64,000 nucleotides of DNA from Promethearchaeia archaeon (GCA_029856045.1 JAHQWG010000016.1:416001-480000); one strand, 5' to 3'. Positions 1 to 10,306 are shown, numbered from the stretch's first letter. The notes: generated by a model not told the origin, from the letters alone. Translations and numbers: made by a program.

Positions 1-2
1 AT

Positions 3-305
3 GGAATATTAATAATTAATTCTGAAAAAACACCCGAAGAATTAAAGAATTATTATAATATCACTAATAACATAAAAATTGCATCTGCAAATATCAATAA
101 ATTTTGTATTGAAAGAGATCTGTATTTAGAAGACATTCCCATTGTTAATACTCCCATTTTAGGGGTTTTAACAAAGGCTTTAGATTCAATTGATTTGGAA
201 TCCATGATAAAAGCTATAATAAAAGTAATGGGGATAAAAAAGGGAGAATTTAACAGTTCTCTTGCTGAAGAGGCAGCAAAACTTACTATGCTCCTCAATT
301 TTTAA
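3..305 (+). CDS. porG: 2-oxoacid:ferredoxin oxidoreductase gamma subunit, 3' part (5'-truncated by the window edge)
   Basis: Not in the ORF track. Frame 3 reads GILIINSEKTPEEL...IPIVNTPILG...AEEAAKLTMLLNF* (TAA 303-305), with gamma-subunit IINS and VNT-x-LG motifs, directly upstream of the delta/alpha/beta genes. Confidence 0.85.
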   Translation, partial: GILIINSEKTPEELKNYYNITNNIKIASANINKFCIERDLYLEDIPIVNTPILGVLTKALDSIDLESMIKAIIKVMGIKKGEFNSSLAEEAAKLTMLLNF

Positions 306-393
306 AATAAATCATTAATATTGGCTATAATTTAAGTTAATATTCCAATTATTAAAAAAAAATCGTAAAATAAAAAGATAAAAAGGGAATAAC

Positions 394-690
394 ATGGTTG
401 AAAAAAAAGATTATGAAATAATTTTAGCTTCAGTTCAGAAACCAGTTGTGGGAGAAGCTGGTAAAACAGGTTCTTGGAGTAGATTCAAGCCAAAAATCGA
501 TCTTGAAAAATGTCTTGTTGTGAAAATGAATAAAGATGTTTGTCATTTTTGTTGGCTGTATTGTCCCGAGCCTATTATAAGCAGAACGATCCCTCCAAAA
601 ATCAATTATGAGTATTGTAAAGGTTGCGGGATTTGTGCAGAAGTTTGCCCGCCTAAAGCAATAAAAATGGTGGAGGAGAGTGAATTGTGA
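394..690 (+). CDS. porD: 2-oxoacid:ferredoxin oxidoreductase delta subunit (2x[4Fe-4S])
   Basis: KTGSW..FKP motif, CxxCWLYCP, and YCKGCGICAEVCP. Confidence 0.92.
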   Translation: MVEKKDYEIILASVQKPVVGEAGKTGSWSRFKPKIDLEKCLVVKMNKDVCHFCWLYCPEPIISRTIPPKINYEYCKGCGICAEVCPPKAIKMVEESEL

Positions 691-1943
691 CAAGCGTGGA
701 AGAATATCAAATTATGACCGGAAATCATGCAGCAGCTAATGCATGTAAAGGTGCTAGAGTTCAAGTTGTAGCAGCATATCCCATCACACCGCAGAGTCCA
801 GTCGTTGAAAAAATTTCATTTTTTATAGAAAATGGGGAGTTAAATGCGCGTATGGTTAGAGTAGAATCAGAACAATCTGCTCTCACCGCATGTGTGGCGG
901 CATCTGCCACAGGTGTTCGAGTGTATACTGCAACATCTTCTCACGGATTATTATTAATGTATGAGATTTTATGTTGGGCGGCAGGAAATCGCTTACCTAT
1001 TGTTATGAATATTGCTATGAGATCTGTTGGAGCACCATGGTCTGTATGGACTGATCACCAAGATGCATTCACAGTTAGAGATACTGGATGGATACAAATG
1101 TTTTGTGAAGATAATCAAGAAATTTATGATACTAACCTGCAAGCATATAGAATTGCAGAAGATCCCAGTGTTTATGTCCCAACTTTTGTAAATTATGATG
1201 GATATATATTATCCCATACTTCTATGTTAGTTAAATTGGAACCCCAAAAAAAAATTGATGAATTTTTACCCCCATTGAAGCATCATCTTAACTTAGGAGA
1301 TATGAATATTGTAAAGGGGGTTTGTCCTGTTACAACTCCACATATCGTTAAAAGAGAGGAGGGAACTGCACCTGGGTATTATGAATTTCGATATTCACTT
1401 CAACGCTCTATAGAACATTCTATAAATAAAGTTAAAGAAGTTCATGATTTATTTGCAGAAAAATTCGGTCGTTCCTACGGAAATGGAATTTATAAAACAT
1501 ATAGAGCAGAAGATGCCGAGATGTATATTTTTGCAGTTGGTTCTGTTGCTTCAGAATCACGTTTAGTTATCGATAAATTGAGAGAAAAAGGCATAAAAAT
1601 TGGACTTATAAGTTTAAAATTATTCAGACCTTTTCCCACTAAATATCTTCGAGAACTTTTTAAAGATGCAAAACTAATAGTAGTGTTCGATAGAGATATC
1701 GGTTATGGTTATGAAGGAATTCTCTGTTATGAATTGAAGAGTGCATTGTACCAATCGAAAAACAGACCATTTATAAAAGGATACATTGTAGGACTAGGCG
1801 GTAGAGATATAATTACTAGTGATCTAATCGAGGGAGTTTATAGAGCGATTAATTTGGGGAAAAAAAATGAATATTCTGAACAAACGGAATTTATTGGATT
1901 AAAGCTTGATGAATTAGATTTCTTACAAAAGGAGGTAAAATAA
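687..1943 (+). CDS. porA: Pyruvate/2-oxoacid:ferredoxin oxidoreductase alpha subunit
   Basis: AYPITPQS, VESE, TATSSHGL, DGYILSH and GLGGRD motifs; 4-nt overlap with porD. Confidence 0.95.
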   Translation: MTSVEEYQIMTGNHAAANACKGARVQVVAAYPITPQSPVVEKISFFIENGELNARMVRVESEQSALTACVAASATGVRVYTATSSHGLLLMYEILCWAAGNRLPIVMNIAMRSVGAPWSVWTDHQDAFTVRDTGWIQMFCEDNQEIYDTNLQAYRIAEDPSVYVPTFVNYDGYILSHTSMLVKLEPQKKIDEFLPPLKHHLNLGDMNIVKGVCPVTTPHIVKREEGTAPGYYEFRYSLQRSIEHSINKVKEVHDLFAEKFGRSYGNGIYKTYRAEDAEMYIFAVGSVASESRLVIDKLREKGIKIGLISLKLFRPFPTKYLRELFKDAKLIVVFDRDIGYGYEGILCYELKSALYQSKNRPFIKGYIVGLGGRDIITSDLIEGVYRAINLGKKNEYSEQTEFIGLKLDELDFLQKEVK

Positions 1944-1946
1944 AAA

Positions 1947-2870
1947 ATGGCTGATAAAGTTAAATTATACGACATTCCTGAAGAAGAATTTTTACTGCCT
2001 GGTAATCGTATGTGTTCTGGTTGTGGATTATCACTTATTTATCGCACAGCTTTAAAAGCTCTAGGTCCCAATACAATTATTACAGTTCCTGCCTCATGTC
2101 TTACGGTGTTGCATGGGATGCAAGGATTTACAAGTGTTGATAAAATATCAGTGCTTAATACACCCTTCGCTACTGTAGCAGCAAGCGCAAGTGGAATCGA
2201 GGCAGCCTTGGAAGCTATGGGAAAAGATGATAAGGTTACTTGTGTTGCATTCGCGGGTGATGGAGGGACTACGGATATTGGAATTCAAGGTTTAAGCGGA
2301 GCAGCTGAAAGAAAAACTAATTTTATTTATGCTTGCTATGATAATGAAGCTTATATGAATACTGGTGTTCAGCGTTCTGGATCAACTCCTTATGGTTCAA
2401 TTACTACAACAACTCCAATATATGGAAAAACAGAACATAAAAAAAATATGCCAAAAATTTTAGAAGCCCATGATATTCCTTATGTTGCAACTTCTTGCGC
2501 AGCTTATCCATTAGATATTTATGCAAAATTTAAAAGAGCTAAGGAAATTAAGGGAACAAAATATATCCATATTTTATCTCCTTGCCCACCAGGTTGGGGT
2601 TTTTCCACAAAAGATACGATTAAAATAGGAAAATTAGCTGTTGAAACGGGATTTTGGCCATTATATGAGATTGAAAATGGAAAGTTCTTATTATCTAATC
2701 CAAGTAAAAGACTTTTAGATCCAGCAAAGAGAAAACCAATTGAACTGTATTTATCCGTTCAAAAGAGATTTAAAAGATTAAGCAATGAACAAATAGAAGA
2801 ATATAAACGATATATTAATCAATCATGGGAATATATTAAAAGTAAAAATATAACTACACAATTTCTTTAA
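1947..2870 (+). CDS. porB: Pyruvate/2-oxoacid:ferredoxin oxidoreductase beta subunit (TPP-binding)
   Basis: CSGCG, GDGG..DIG, YDNEAYMNTGVQRS and PCPPGW motifs. Confidence 0.95.
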   Translation: MADKVKLYDIPEEEFLLPGNRMCSGCGLSLIYRTALKALGPNTIITVPASCLTVLHGMQGFTSVDKISVLNTPFATVAASASGIEAALEAMGKDDKVTCVAFAGDGGTTDIGIQGLSGAAERKTNFIYACYDNEAYMNTGVQRSGSTPYGSITTTTPIYGKTEHKKNMPKILEAHDIPYVATSCAAYPLDIYAKFKRAKEIKGTKYIHILSPCPPGWGFSTKDTIKIGKLAVETGFWPLYEIENGKFLLSNPSKRLLDPAKRKPIELYLSVQKRFKRLSNEQIEEYKRYINQSWEYIKSKNITTQFL

Positions 2871-2907
2871 AATTTTAATTATAACAATTTAATTACAAAT
2901 CCTATAC

Positions 2908-3684
2908 ATGAAAATATTCATTTTTGATGAAAATTTAGAAAATTGGATTGAAGAAGAAACCACCCTTTTACTTCATGATCTTGCAATATTTTTAGACGAG
3001 AAGAATAAAATTGTGTATTTATGGCAAGGTCCAAAATCAAAGAAGAAAAAGAAGGAGTTTGGTCTTAAATCACTATCATTAATACAAGAGAAGTATCAAA
3101 ATTTTAAACTTGAAATTTTAAAAGATACTATTCCACCAGAAATTCAAAAGCAATTAATGAACTTATTGAAAAAATATGGTAAAAAAGAGAAAATAATCTT
3201 AAAGAGAACCATTTATTTAAAACTTTATCTGATACTAGGACTAATTGGGACTATTCTCTCATTTATATATTATCTTAACCTATTATCGTCATTATTATGG
3301 GTTCAAACAAATGGAAGCTTACAAATTAATGCACAAATATATGATAGGTGGATTTTAACTTCTCAAATTTTAATTATCATTTTTCTCCTTTTTTCTATTG
3401 GAAATCAAGTTCTATCCTTGATAATAAACCGCCTTATATTAATTATAATAGCAGCAATTGGAGTTATAATGTCCATAGGCTTTCTAATATATATCTCCCA
3501 AGGAATATTTCTTTTCTTATTTCAATCTGGCTCGACTACAACAATCTATTTAATTTCCCAAAATGATTTAAGAATATTTTTATTAATAAATTTTATTGGA
3601 ATTATAATTTTTGTATGCCCTACTATATACTCCATTTTCTGGATATATAAATATTCTAAATTGAGAGAAAATAAAAAATTATAA
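2908..3684 (+). CDS. Membrane protein with an N-terminal gelsolin-like domain and about 4 TM helices
   Basis: HDLAIFLDEKNKIVYLWQGPKS resembles the gelsolin D-x-F-I-L-D...I-Y-x-W-x-G-x-x-S core; four hydrophobic segments follow residue ~100. Confidence 0.6.
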   Translation: MKIFIFDENLENWIEEETTLLLHDLAIFLDEKNKIVYLWQGPKSKKKKKEFGLKSLSLIQEKYQNFKLEILKDTIPPEIQKQLMNLLKKYGKKEKIILKRTIYLKLYLILGLIGTILSFIYYLNLLSSLLWVQTNGSLQINAQIYDRWILTSQILIIIFLLFSIGNQVLSLIINRLILIIIAAIGVIMSIGFLIYISQGIFLFLFQSGSTTTIYLISQNDLRIFLLINFIGIIIFVCPTIYSIFWIYKYSKLRENKKL

Positions 3685-3909
3685 CATTTATTAATAGCCA
3701 TATTACTTCTCAATTCAAGATTTCTGAATCTTAAACTGTTTAATTTCAATTTATTATTCGAGGTACTTATAATAATTCAATTATAATTCCATTTTACCAT
3801 TTCCATATTTCTTATAATGTGATTTCTTGAATTCAAGAATAGGTTTATAAATACTAAATTATTTTGAATTATCAAATAATTTGAAAACTAACGGCCCTAA
3901 ATTTAGATA

Positions 3910-4182
3910 TTAAATACTTTTACCACATTTAGGGCAGAATTTTTCATTTTTTTTGACAAGTATTTTACATCTTGGGCAAATTATATATTTTTGACGATTT
4001 TCCTGAATTATTTGCTTAATATCTTCTCTAAGAAAAATTACAGTAATAATAAATGCAATTAGAACTATAAAAACAAACAATAATATTGAGTCAAATGTAA
4101 AAAAGGGTAAAAGAGAAAATGCTGAAATAATTACAATACACCAACACGTAAATATACATCTATTACCTTGAATACTTACCAT
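3910..4182 (-). CDS. Small membrane protein with a C-terminal zinc ribbon
   Basis: Two hydrophobic segments, then CPRC-x10-CPKCG. Confidence 0.7.
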   Translation of the reverse strand: MVSIQGNRCIFTCWCIVIISAFSLLPFFTFDSILLFVFIVLIAFIITVIFLREDIKQIIQENRQKYIICPRCKILVKKNEKFCPKCGKSI

Positions 4183-4205
4183 TTATATTCCTTCTGAATA
4201 TTATA

Positions 4206-4796
4206 TTAATCAGATGATGCATCTTTAATTACTTTTAAATTTTTTCCACAAACGCTACAGAAACCTGTATATGTCTTTTGTTTTGCCCCACAGTTTGGAC
4301 ATATTTCTAAACTTTTCTTTTGGGTTTCTTCAAAAATAGCTTCTTTGGATTTTATAATATTAATTTTAAATGGATTTTTTTGATTTAATGGATCTTTAAT
4401 AACGATTATTCCAGTTTCTTGTATCTCTATATATTTATCTAAATTCTCCGGGTGATTTTCAATATTTAAATAATATTTAAGCCTAATACTTCCGCTAATT
4501 AAAAAAATAATGATTATAGAAACTGATATTAAGTAATTTATTAGAATTGTCGCTATAAATGTAATTAATGTTATTATAAAAATACAAAAAAAAAAAATTG
4601 TACTTATTCGATATTTGTTTGAAATGCTTAAAAATTCATTGTATTTTTTAATACAGGATTCACAAACAGAAAAATTAATTTGATAAGATTGAATATTTTC
4701 TTTACCTAAATTTTTCATAATCGATATTTCTATTAAATTGACATTTGATTTTTTACACCTATAGCACTTATTTAATAATTCTGGTATATTTATCAT
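4206..4796 (-). CDS. Membrane protein with N-terminal CxxC pairs and a C-terminal zinc ribbon
   Basis: CYRC...CESC, two TM helices, and CPNCG-x9-CSVCG. Confidence 0.7.
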   Translation of the reverse strand: MINIPELLNKCYRCKKSNVNLIEISIMKNLGKENIQSYQINFSVCESCIKKYNEFLSISNKYRISTIFFFCIFIITLITFIATILINYLISVSIIIIFLISGSIRLKYYLNIENHPENLDKYIEIQETGIIVIKDPLNQKNPFKINIIKSKEAIFEETQKKSLEICPNCGAKQKTYTGFCSVCGKNLKVIKDASSD

Positions 4797-4838
4797 TTTA
4801 TTGTTTCACTTAAAATATAACTAATAAAAATGCAAACA

Positions 4839-5255
4839 TTATACTTTTTTTCTCTCGTTTTTTTGAGACCTTAACCAAAGTTGTTTACAGTAACTACCAA
4901 ATTTATTTGCACGTTGTTTTAAAGAATTTTTTGATTCAAAATTTGAATTTCTAATAACTTTAAACTCCAACGCATTAATGTACGATGCACCAAATTTAAA
5001 TACACATTTATTGAAAGATTTTAATTTTATTTCATGAACTGTATTCCACGGATTAAAAGTTAATCCTATTTTTCTTTTTGTAGGAAGAGTCATCGCAAAT
5101 CCTGATTTTGTAATTATAATATGAGATTTCCATTTTTGGGTTCCGCACCATACAATTCTGGTTACTTTGCTTAATGTACTGTATAATATATCATCTTCTT
5201 CTGGAATAACTTCAGAAAGATTGCTATAATCTATTGGTACATAAATTTCTGCCAT
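4839..5255 (-). CDS. Hypothetical protein (possible PH-like beta fold)
   Basis: 138-aa ORF, first of three closely spaced co-oriented genes; strand-like pattern SHIIITKSGFAM and a C-terminal helix. Confidence 0.55.
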   Translation of the reverse strand: MAEIYVPIDYSNLSEVIPEEDDILYSTLSKVTRIVWCGTQKWKSHIIITKSGFAMTLPTKRKIGLTFNPWNTVHEIKLKSFNKCVFKFGASYINALEFKVIRNSNFESKNSLKQRANKFGSYCKQLWLRSQKNERKKV

Positions 5256-5661
5256 TTTTATTTTTCACTTTATATTACACTGACATTTTAAATTCTAAAT
5301 AAAAATTATAGAATTAATAGATAAACGCTTGATTGTAAAAATTAATTTTTTTTTTGTTAACTAATTTTAAGTTAAAACTATTTAAACATTACGCTATGAT
5401 TATAATAATTAAGAAAATAGAAATAACTTTAGATACTGGGAAAAGAAACGCAAATTTCATATATTTAAAGAGAAAATATTTATTTTTTTAATAAATATGT
5501 AATCTTTAATTTCTAAATCTTATAAGAAGCATAATTTATTGCAATTTTTAATGATAAAAATCTCTTAAATAAATAATTGTCCACAACTTAACAATAAATT
5601 GTTTTATAAGTATTATTTTAATTGATTATATTATCTAACATAATTAAAGAGAAACTAAGGT

Positions 5662-6534
5662 TTGGAAGTAGCTAAAATTATAAAATCAATGGAAAAGGAA
5701 GATTTCCGCGTATTAAGAGCGATTGAACGGGGTATGAGAAGAGCTGCCTCCGTAAAAATGAGTGATATCTGTTTTTTTTCTAAATTGAAAATGGAGGAAG
5801 TTTTATTCCGTCTCAATAAAGTTCATAAAAATAATTTAATAATTCGTGATTCGACAGGTGAGATCAGTTATAAATTAAATTCAATTGGGTATGATATGCT
5901 TGCTTTTCATATTTTAGTTGGACAAGGAATAATCTCTCAACTCGGGGTAGAGATTGGGAAAGGAAAAGAAGCAGATGTATATAAGTGCATAAACGATGAT
6001 AATGAAGAAATGACTATGAAAATTTTTAGAATAGGTCGGACAAGTTTCCGAAAAGTAAAACAATTGAGAATATTTGTCGGTGAAAGACGCCATTTTTCCT
6101 GGCTTTACATTAATCGACTTGCTGCTATGCGAGAATATGAAGCCCTTTCAAAAATAGCTCCATTAGGACTTAATATTCCAAAACCGATTGGTATCAATCG
6201 TCATATTATAATAATGGAATTTATTGAAGGAACAGAACTTAATAATCTCATCGATATAGAAGATCCGGTATTTATTTTTGAAGATATAATTAATCAAATA
6301 AGTATTATTTATAAAAATGCGGGTATAATTCATGGAGATCTCGGAGAATTTAATGTCTTAATAAATTCTGAAGGCGATATTTTAATAATAGATTGGCCAC
6401 AGTGGGTCCCCAAGAGCCATCCTAATGGATTATCAATTTTAAAAAGGGATATTGAAAATATATGTTCATTTTTTAAAAAGAGATTTAATGTAGAGAGTAA
6501 TGCTGAAGAAATTTTAAAATCGATTATCTCTTAA
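5662..6534 (+). CDS. rio2: RIO2 atypical Ser/Thr protein kinase
   Basis: N-terminal wHTH (DFRVLRAIE), GKGKEADVY, KIFRIGRTSF, IIHGDLGEFN and IIDWPQ motifs. Confidence 0.95.
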   Translation: MEVAKIIKSMEKEDFRVLRAIERGMRRAASVKMSDICFFSKLKMEEVLFRLNKVHKNNLIIRDSTGEISYKLNSIGYDMLAFHILVGQGIISQLGVEIGKGKEADVYKCINDDNEEMTMKIFRIGRTSFRKVKQLRIFVGERRHFSWLYINRLAAMREYEALSKIAPLGLNIPKPIGINRHIIIMEFIEGTELNNLIDIEDPVFIFEDIINQISIIYKNAGIIHGDLGEFNVLINSEGDILIIDWPQWVPKSHPNGLSILKRDIENICSFFKKRFNVESNAEEILKSIIS

Positions 6535-7086
6535 AATAATCCAATCTTCGCATTTATTATCATGAATATAATTTAAATCCTGAAAATGTGATTGAAATAA
6601 TTTTTTAACTTCATTTAAACTGAAGTTTTTTTTTAAAATCGTAATGGCTAATAATCCGTTACTTTTAAAAACCCGAATCAACTCTTCAATACCTTTATTA
6701 ATATTAGCTAGATTTTGAAATGTGGTAATCGAAATAAAACCTGTAAAAAGATTCCTTTTAAATGGAAGATTTTCAATATCTCCTAAGATTAAACAAGATT
6801 TTTTTTGTTTTTCTTTTGCACTCTTTAGCATATTAAAAGATATGTCTAAACCAATTAATCTAATATTTCTTGTAATCTTTTCTTTATTGAGGTAATCTAA
6901 AAATAAATTTGTTCCACAACCTGCATCTAGATAAATTCCGCTTTTGAAAACAAGATTTTCAATTAATAGCTTGAATTTATAATTTTGAATTATTTTATAT
7001 CGGTTATCATAAATTTTGGCAGAAGAATTATAATCCTCAATAATCTTTTTCTTCTTATCCAATTTTTTTGCTTTCAAAATTCTCAT
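6514..7086 (-). CDS. Class I SAM-dependent methyltransferase
   Basis: LDAGCGT, GLDISFNML and GDIENLPF motifs. Confidence 0.88.
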   Translation of the reverse strand: MRILKAKKLDKKKKIIEDYNSSAKIYDNRYKIIQNYKFKLLIENLVFKSGIYLDAGCGTNLFLDYLNKEKITRNIRLIGLDISFNMLKSAKEKQKKSCLILGDIENLPFKRNLFTGFISITTFQNLANINKGIEELIRVFKSNGLLAITILKKNFSLNEVKKLFQSHFQDLNYIHDNKCEDWIILRDNRF

Positions 7087-7212
7087 TCTAATTGAAATTT
7101 ATAACGTAAAAAAACTAAAAAGATTTTAATTTAAGAGTATTTTTTAAAAGTATATAATTATATTTAATATTGTTTTTAATCAAAGAGAAAAATTATCAGG
7201 TAAATTAATAAA

Positions 7213-7449
7213 ATGGAACGAGACCCACTCAAAATTCTAGAAAAGGCAGTAAATTCCGTTATTCTACTAAGATTAAAAGACGGAACGGAATACCGAGGTA
7301 AAATGAAAGAAATTGACTCTTATATGAATATGATAATAGAAGATGCCACAGAATTTATGGATGGAACAGCTGTAGCCAAATATTCTGAGATCTTCATAAG
7401 AGGTAATAATCTATTGTTCATTAAACCAGATGCGTCTGAAATATTATAG
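7213..7449 (+). CDS. Sm-like (Lsm/SmAP) RNA-binding protein
   Basis: Sm1 motif (LKDGTEYRGKM..IDSYMNM) and Sm2 motif (IFIRGNN). Confidence 0.95.
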   Translation: MERDPLKILEKAVNSVILLRLKDGTEYRGKMKEIDSYMNMIIEDATEFMDGTAVAKYSEIFIRGNNLLFIKPDASEIL

Positions 7450-7531
7450 ATTTAAATAATTTCTCTAAAAATTTTAACTCATTTTTAATTAAATTTGGAA
7501 AATTTTAAAGTTTACTCTTATTTGGAACAAT

Positions 7532-7975
7532 ATGAAAAACAATTCACACTCTCAACCGTTGACTACTTTAGTAGCATATGGAACATTTATCACTAATAAT
7601 CTATGGAAAAATTATAAAAATGTTGAAGTATGTTTAATCAAAAATTATCGAAGAATATTACCCCCAGGGAATTGGTTTCCATACGTTTTGCCAGATAAAA
7701 ATGCAAAATTTTGGGGTTTGAAATTTGATGTTAATTTTGATCAATTAATTCAACTCGACACTTTTGAAGGAGTAAAATTAGGACTTTATTCTCGAATTGC
7801 AACTAAGGTTTTTCTTAAAAATGATATAGAAATAAGCGCAGATATTTATGTTCCAACAGAAAAAACAATTAAGCAGTATAATATAATATTAGATATTGAT
7901 GCAGAAGATAGATGGAAAAATGAGATAAAGAAATACCCAGAACTAATTGAAAAATTCCCAGAATTAATTCTTTAA
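7532..7975 (+). CDS. Gamma-glutamylcyclotransferase / AIG2-like protein
   Basis: VAYGT, LDTFEG and YSR motifs. Confidence 0.8.
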   Translation: MKNNSHSQPLTTLVAYGTFITNNLWKNYKNVEVCLIKNYRRILPPGNWFPYVLPDKNAKFWGLKFDVNFDQLIQLDTFEGVKLGLYSRIATKVFLKNDIEISADIYVPTEKTIKQYNIILDIDAEDRWKNEIKKYPELIEKFPELIL

Positions 7976-7987
7976 TTTCTCATAAAA

Positions 7988-8347
7988 TTAATTTTGAATT
8001 ATTTGTATATTTTCTAATGGCACCCAACCACTTTTACCTCTCTTGTTGGTAACCCAAACCCAACCGCTTACTTCATATCTTATTATTAATTCTTCTCCAA
8101 TCTTTACGGTAAGTTCAGTTGCATTATAATTTCTGAGAGCCTTACATTTTTTATCATTTAACTTCTCAATATATTTTTCTGGAACCCATCCTCCTTTACC
8201 AAATTGGTTAATACACCATTGCCATTCTTTCCACTCGGTTTCTTTCACACCAATTGTTAAAATCTCACCTTTAACAATTATTAATGGATCAGAAAAAGCA
8301 GATTTATAATCTGATATTACTTGGCATTTAATTGCTTTCATTTTCAA
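7988..8347 (-). CDS. Tandem SH3-domain protein
   Basis: Two SH3-like repeats: DY...GE...W.W...GWVP, and ALRNYNATELTVKIGEEL...GW.W...GWVP. Confidence 0.85.
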   Translation of the reverse strand: MKMKAIKCQVISDYKSAFSDPLIIVKGEILTIGVKETEWKEWQWCINQFGKGGWVPEKYIEKLNDKKCKALRNYNATELTVKIGEELIIRYEVSGWVWVTNKRGKSGWVPLENIQIIQN

Positions 8348-8393
8348 ATTAACCTAATTAATTAAGTTTGATTAAGGAATTTTATAAAAAAAA

Positions 8394-9284
8394 TCATTGT
8401 ATTATGAGTAACTTGACGCTCGTGCCCTCAATTAAAGCCATCGTCGCTTGATTAGGTGAAAATTGACCTCGATAATTATTTGAGGAAAAAATCGTTAATA
8501 ATCTACCATTAAAGAAGTATTGATAACCTTGAGGAGGAAATATTTCATGTGATCTAATTAAAGATTTAAAACCATAATGCTCCATAAATTCTTCAAATGC
8601 TTTATAACCATATTGTTTTATTCCCTCACCTCTGAAATTGTCTACAAAATAAGGAAATGCTTCAAGTTCTATAGGATCATTCCATATCATTTGAAAAACT
8701 TCATTAGAGATTTCAGGATCACTCATCAAATTTGGTTTTTTATCCAATTTTTTTAATTTATTGATAATTTCAATATCTTCAGGAATTCCCCCATGCACAC
8801 AAAATATTTTTTTATTAATTATGGCACAAATGGAGAGGGAGTTGTATAATTCTAAAAGATATTTAATACGTTCTGTATCACCAAATTTATTCATAAGAAC
8901 ATCCAAAAATCCATAATATCGGTTAACTTCAATAGTCTCATGGTTTCCCTTTAGCAAAAAATAACGTTCTGGCTCTGTAATTTTTAAACATAAAATAAAG
9001 CATAGGCATTCTAATTGATAAGGTCCTCGGTCAACAATATCTCCCAAAAAAAGAATCATTTCAGGTTTTATTTCATCTATTTTTTCTTTGATTTTAATTA
9101 AAGAGGGAAGGTTTCCATGGATATCTCCTATGATGAGAATTTTTTCTTGGGGAGATGATGCATTCAATTTTAATACATAAGGTTCCTTTTCAAATATAAT
9201 CTTGCTCTTTTCAATAATATCAATAAAGTCATTAAAGCTAATCTTTTTTGCAGAAAAAGGTGATTGAAGTATTTTTTTTATCAT
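8394..9284 (-). CDS. PPP-family Ser/Thr protein phosphatase
   Basis: GDIHG, GDIVDRG, GNHE, HGG, WNDP, RSHE and TIFSSNNY motifs. Confidence 0.93.
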   Translation of the reverse strand: MIKKILQSPFSAKKISFNDFIDIIEKSKIIFEKEPYVLKLNASSPQEKILIIGDIHGNLPSLIKIKEKIDEIKPEMILFLGDIVDRGPYQLECLCFILCLKITEPERYFLLKGNHETIEVNRYYGFLDVLMNKFGDTERIKYLLELYNSLSICAIINKKIFCVHGGIPEDIEIINKLKKLDKKPNLMSDPEISNEVFQMIWNDPIELEAFPYFVDNFRGEGIKQYGYKAFEEFMEHYGFKSLIRSHEIFPPQGYQYFFNGRLLTIFSSNNYRGQFSPNQATMALIEGTSVKLLIIQ

Positions 9285-9385
9285 TTTTAAAAATGACTCA
9301 AATTTAACGTGATTACATATTAATCTGATTTAAAAATAACGATTTATGGTTTTTATTTTATTTAAACAGTTGAATTTCTATTTTG

Positions 9386-10306
9386 CTATTCTTCTTCCTC
9401 AATCTCTCGTTTCATCCTTATTTTAAGTACTCTTAACGCAAAATTAATTACATCCCCAATATTGTTCCATTTTTTCTTTCCAACCTGCTCTTTCATCCAA
9501 TAGAACATATCTTGGTCTATAGGCGTAGTTAAATAAATAGGTTGCATTTCCCTTGTTTCTTCCGATTCGGCCTTGTTTAATAGCCAGGAAACAATATTTG
9601 AGATCAATTTAAAATTATCTTCAGCATTTATTCCATAAGAATCATGTAAGCTTGAAAACAAAGACATATTTGCTAAAGCTACAATCTTACCTGAACCATA
9701 ATGTCCTACTGCAATTACTGGTAATTCACTTACTGGTTCCTCAACCCAATCACTTCCATTGAAGTATTCATGCCATGAAGTATCTTTGGAAGAATAGGCA
9801 ATATAATCAACATCAATATTGTCTTTTTCAATTGATTTATCAATTGATAATGTGCAGCCATTAGAATGAATAATGCTTGAAATATCTCGTGTGATAAAAT
9901 GACTTTTAAAATCCCTTATTACTGGCCGGGAATTCTCAATAGAAAAATATCGCCCATCATATAAAGTATCATTATTAAATGTTATACCAAAATTTTTTGT
10001 TAGTTCTGATAAATTATTTTGATTCTCATAATCGCCACCTTGATCATTTAGAATTAATAAGCTTCCTCCATCATGAACATATTTAACTAAATCAGTAATT
10101 TCATCCGTTTCGATTAAAGATTCTGTAGGAACCCCAATAATAAAAACATCATATGTTGATAACTTTTCATAAGTTACACCAGCCTCGATTTTTCCAATCT
10201 TAAAATTTGAATCAAGTAAAAACTCCAAAAAGTCTGCAAATGCGGTCTCTTCAATTTTTAATTTATTATTATGAGATTCATCAAAACCTATATTGATATT
10301 TTTCAT
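9386..10306 (-). CDS. DUF4350/GldG/IFT52-like (GIFT-type) domain protein with a possible C-terminal ribbon-helix-helix
   Basis: IGFDESH, YVHDGGSLLIL, FGITFN.D, GSGKIVAL and DNFKLISNIVSWL pattern; C-terminal strand-helix-helix segment. Confidence 0.65.
   Translation of the reverse strand: MKNINIGFDESHNNKLKIEETAFADFLEFLLDSNFKIGKIEAGVTYEKLSTYDVFIIGVPTESLIETDEITDLVKYVHDGGSLLILNDQGGDYENQNNLSELTKNFGITFNNDTLYDGRYFSIENSRPVIRDFKSHFITRDISSIIHSNGCTLSIDKSIEKDNIDVDYIAYSSKDTSWHEYFNGSDWVEEPVSELPVIAVGHYGSGKIVALANMSLFSSLHDSYGINAEDNFKLISNIVSWLLNKAESEETREMQPIYLTTPIDQDMFYWMKEQVGKKKWNNIGDVINFALRVLKIRMKREIEEEE

Noticed and set aside
7988-8347. Tandem SH3 protein as a eukaryotic signature protein
   Set aside because: Similar small double-SH3 proteins occur in bacteria, so origin cannot be judged without a phylogeny.
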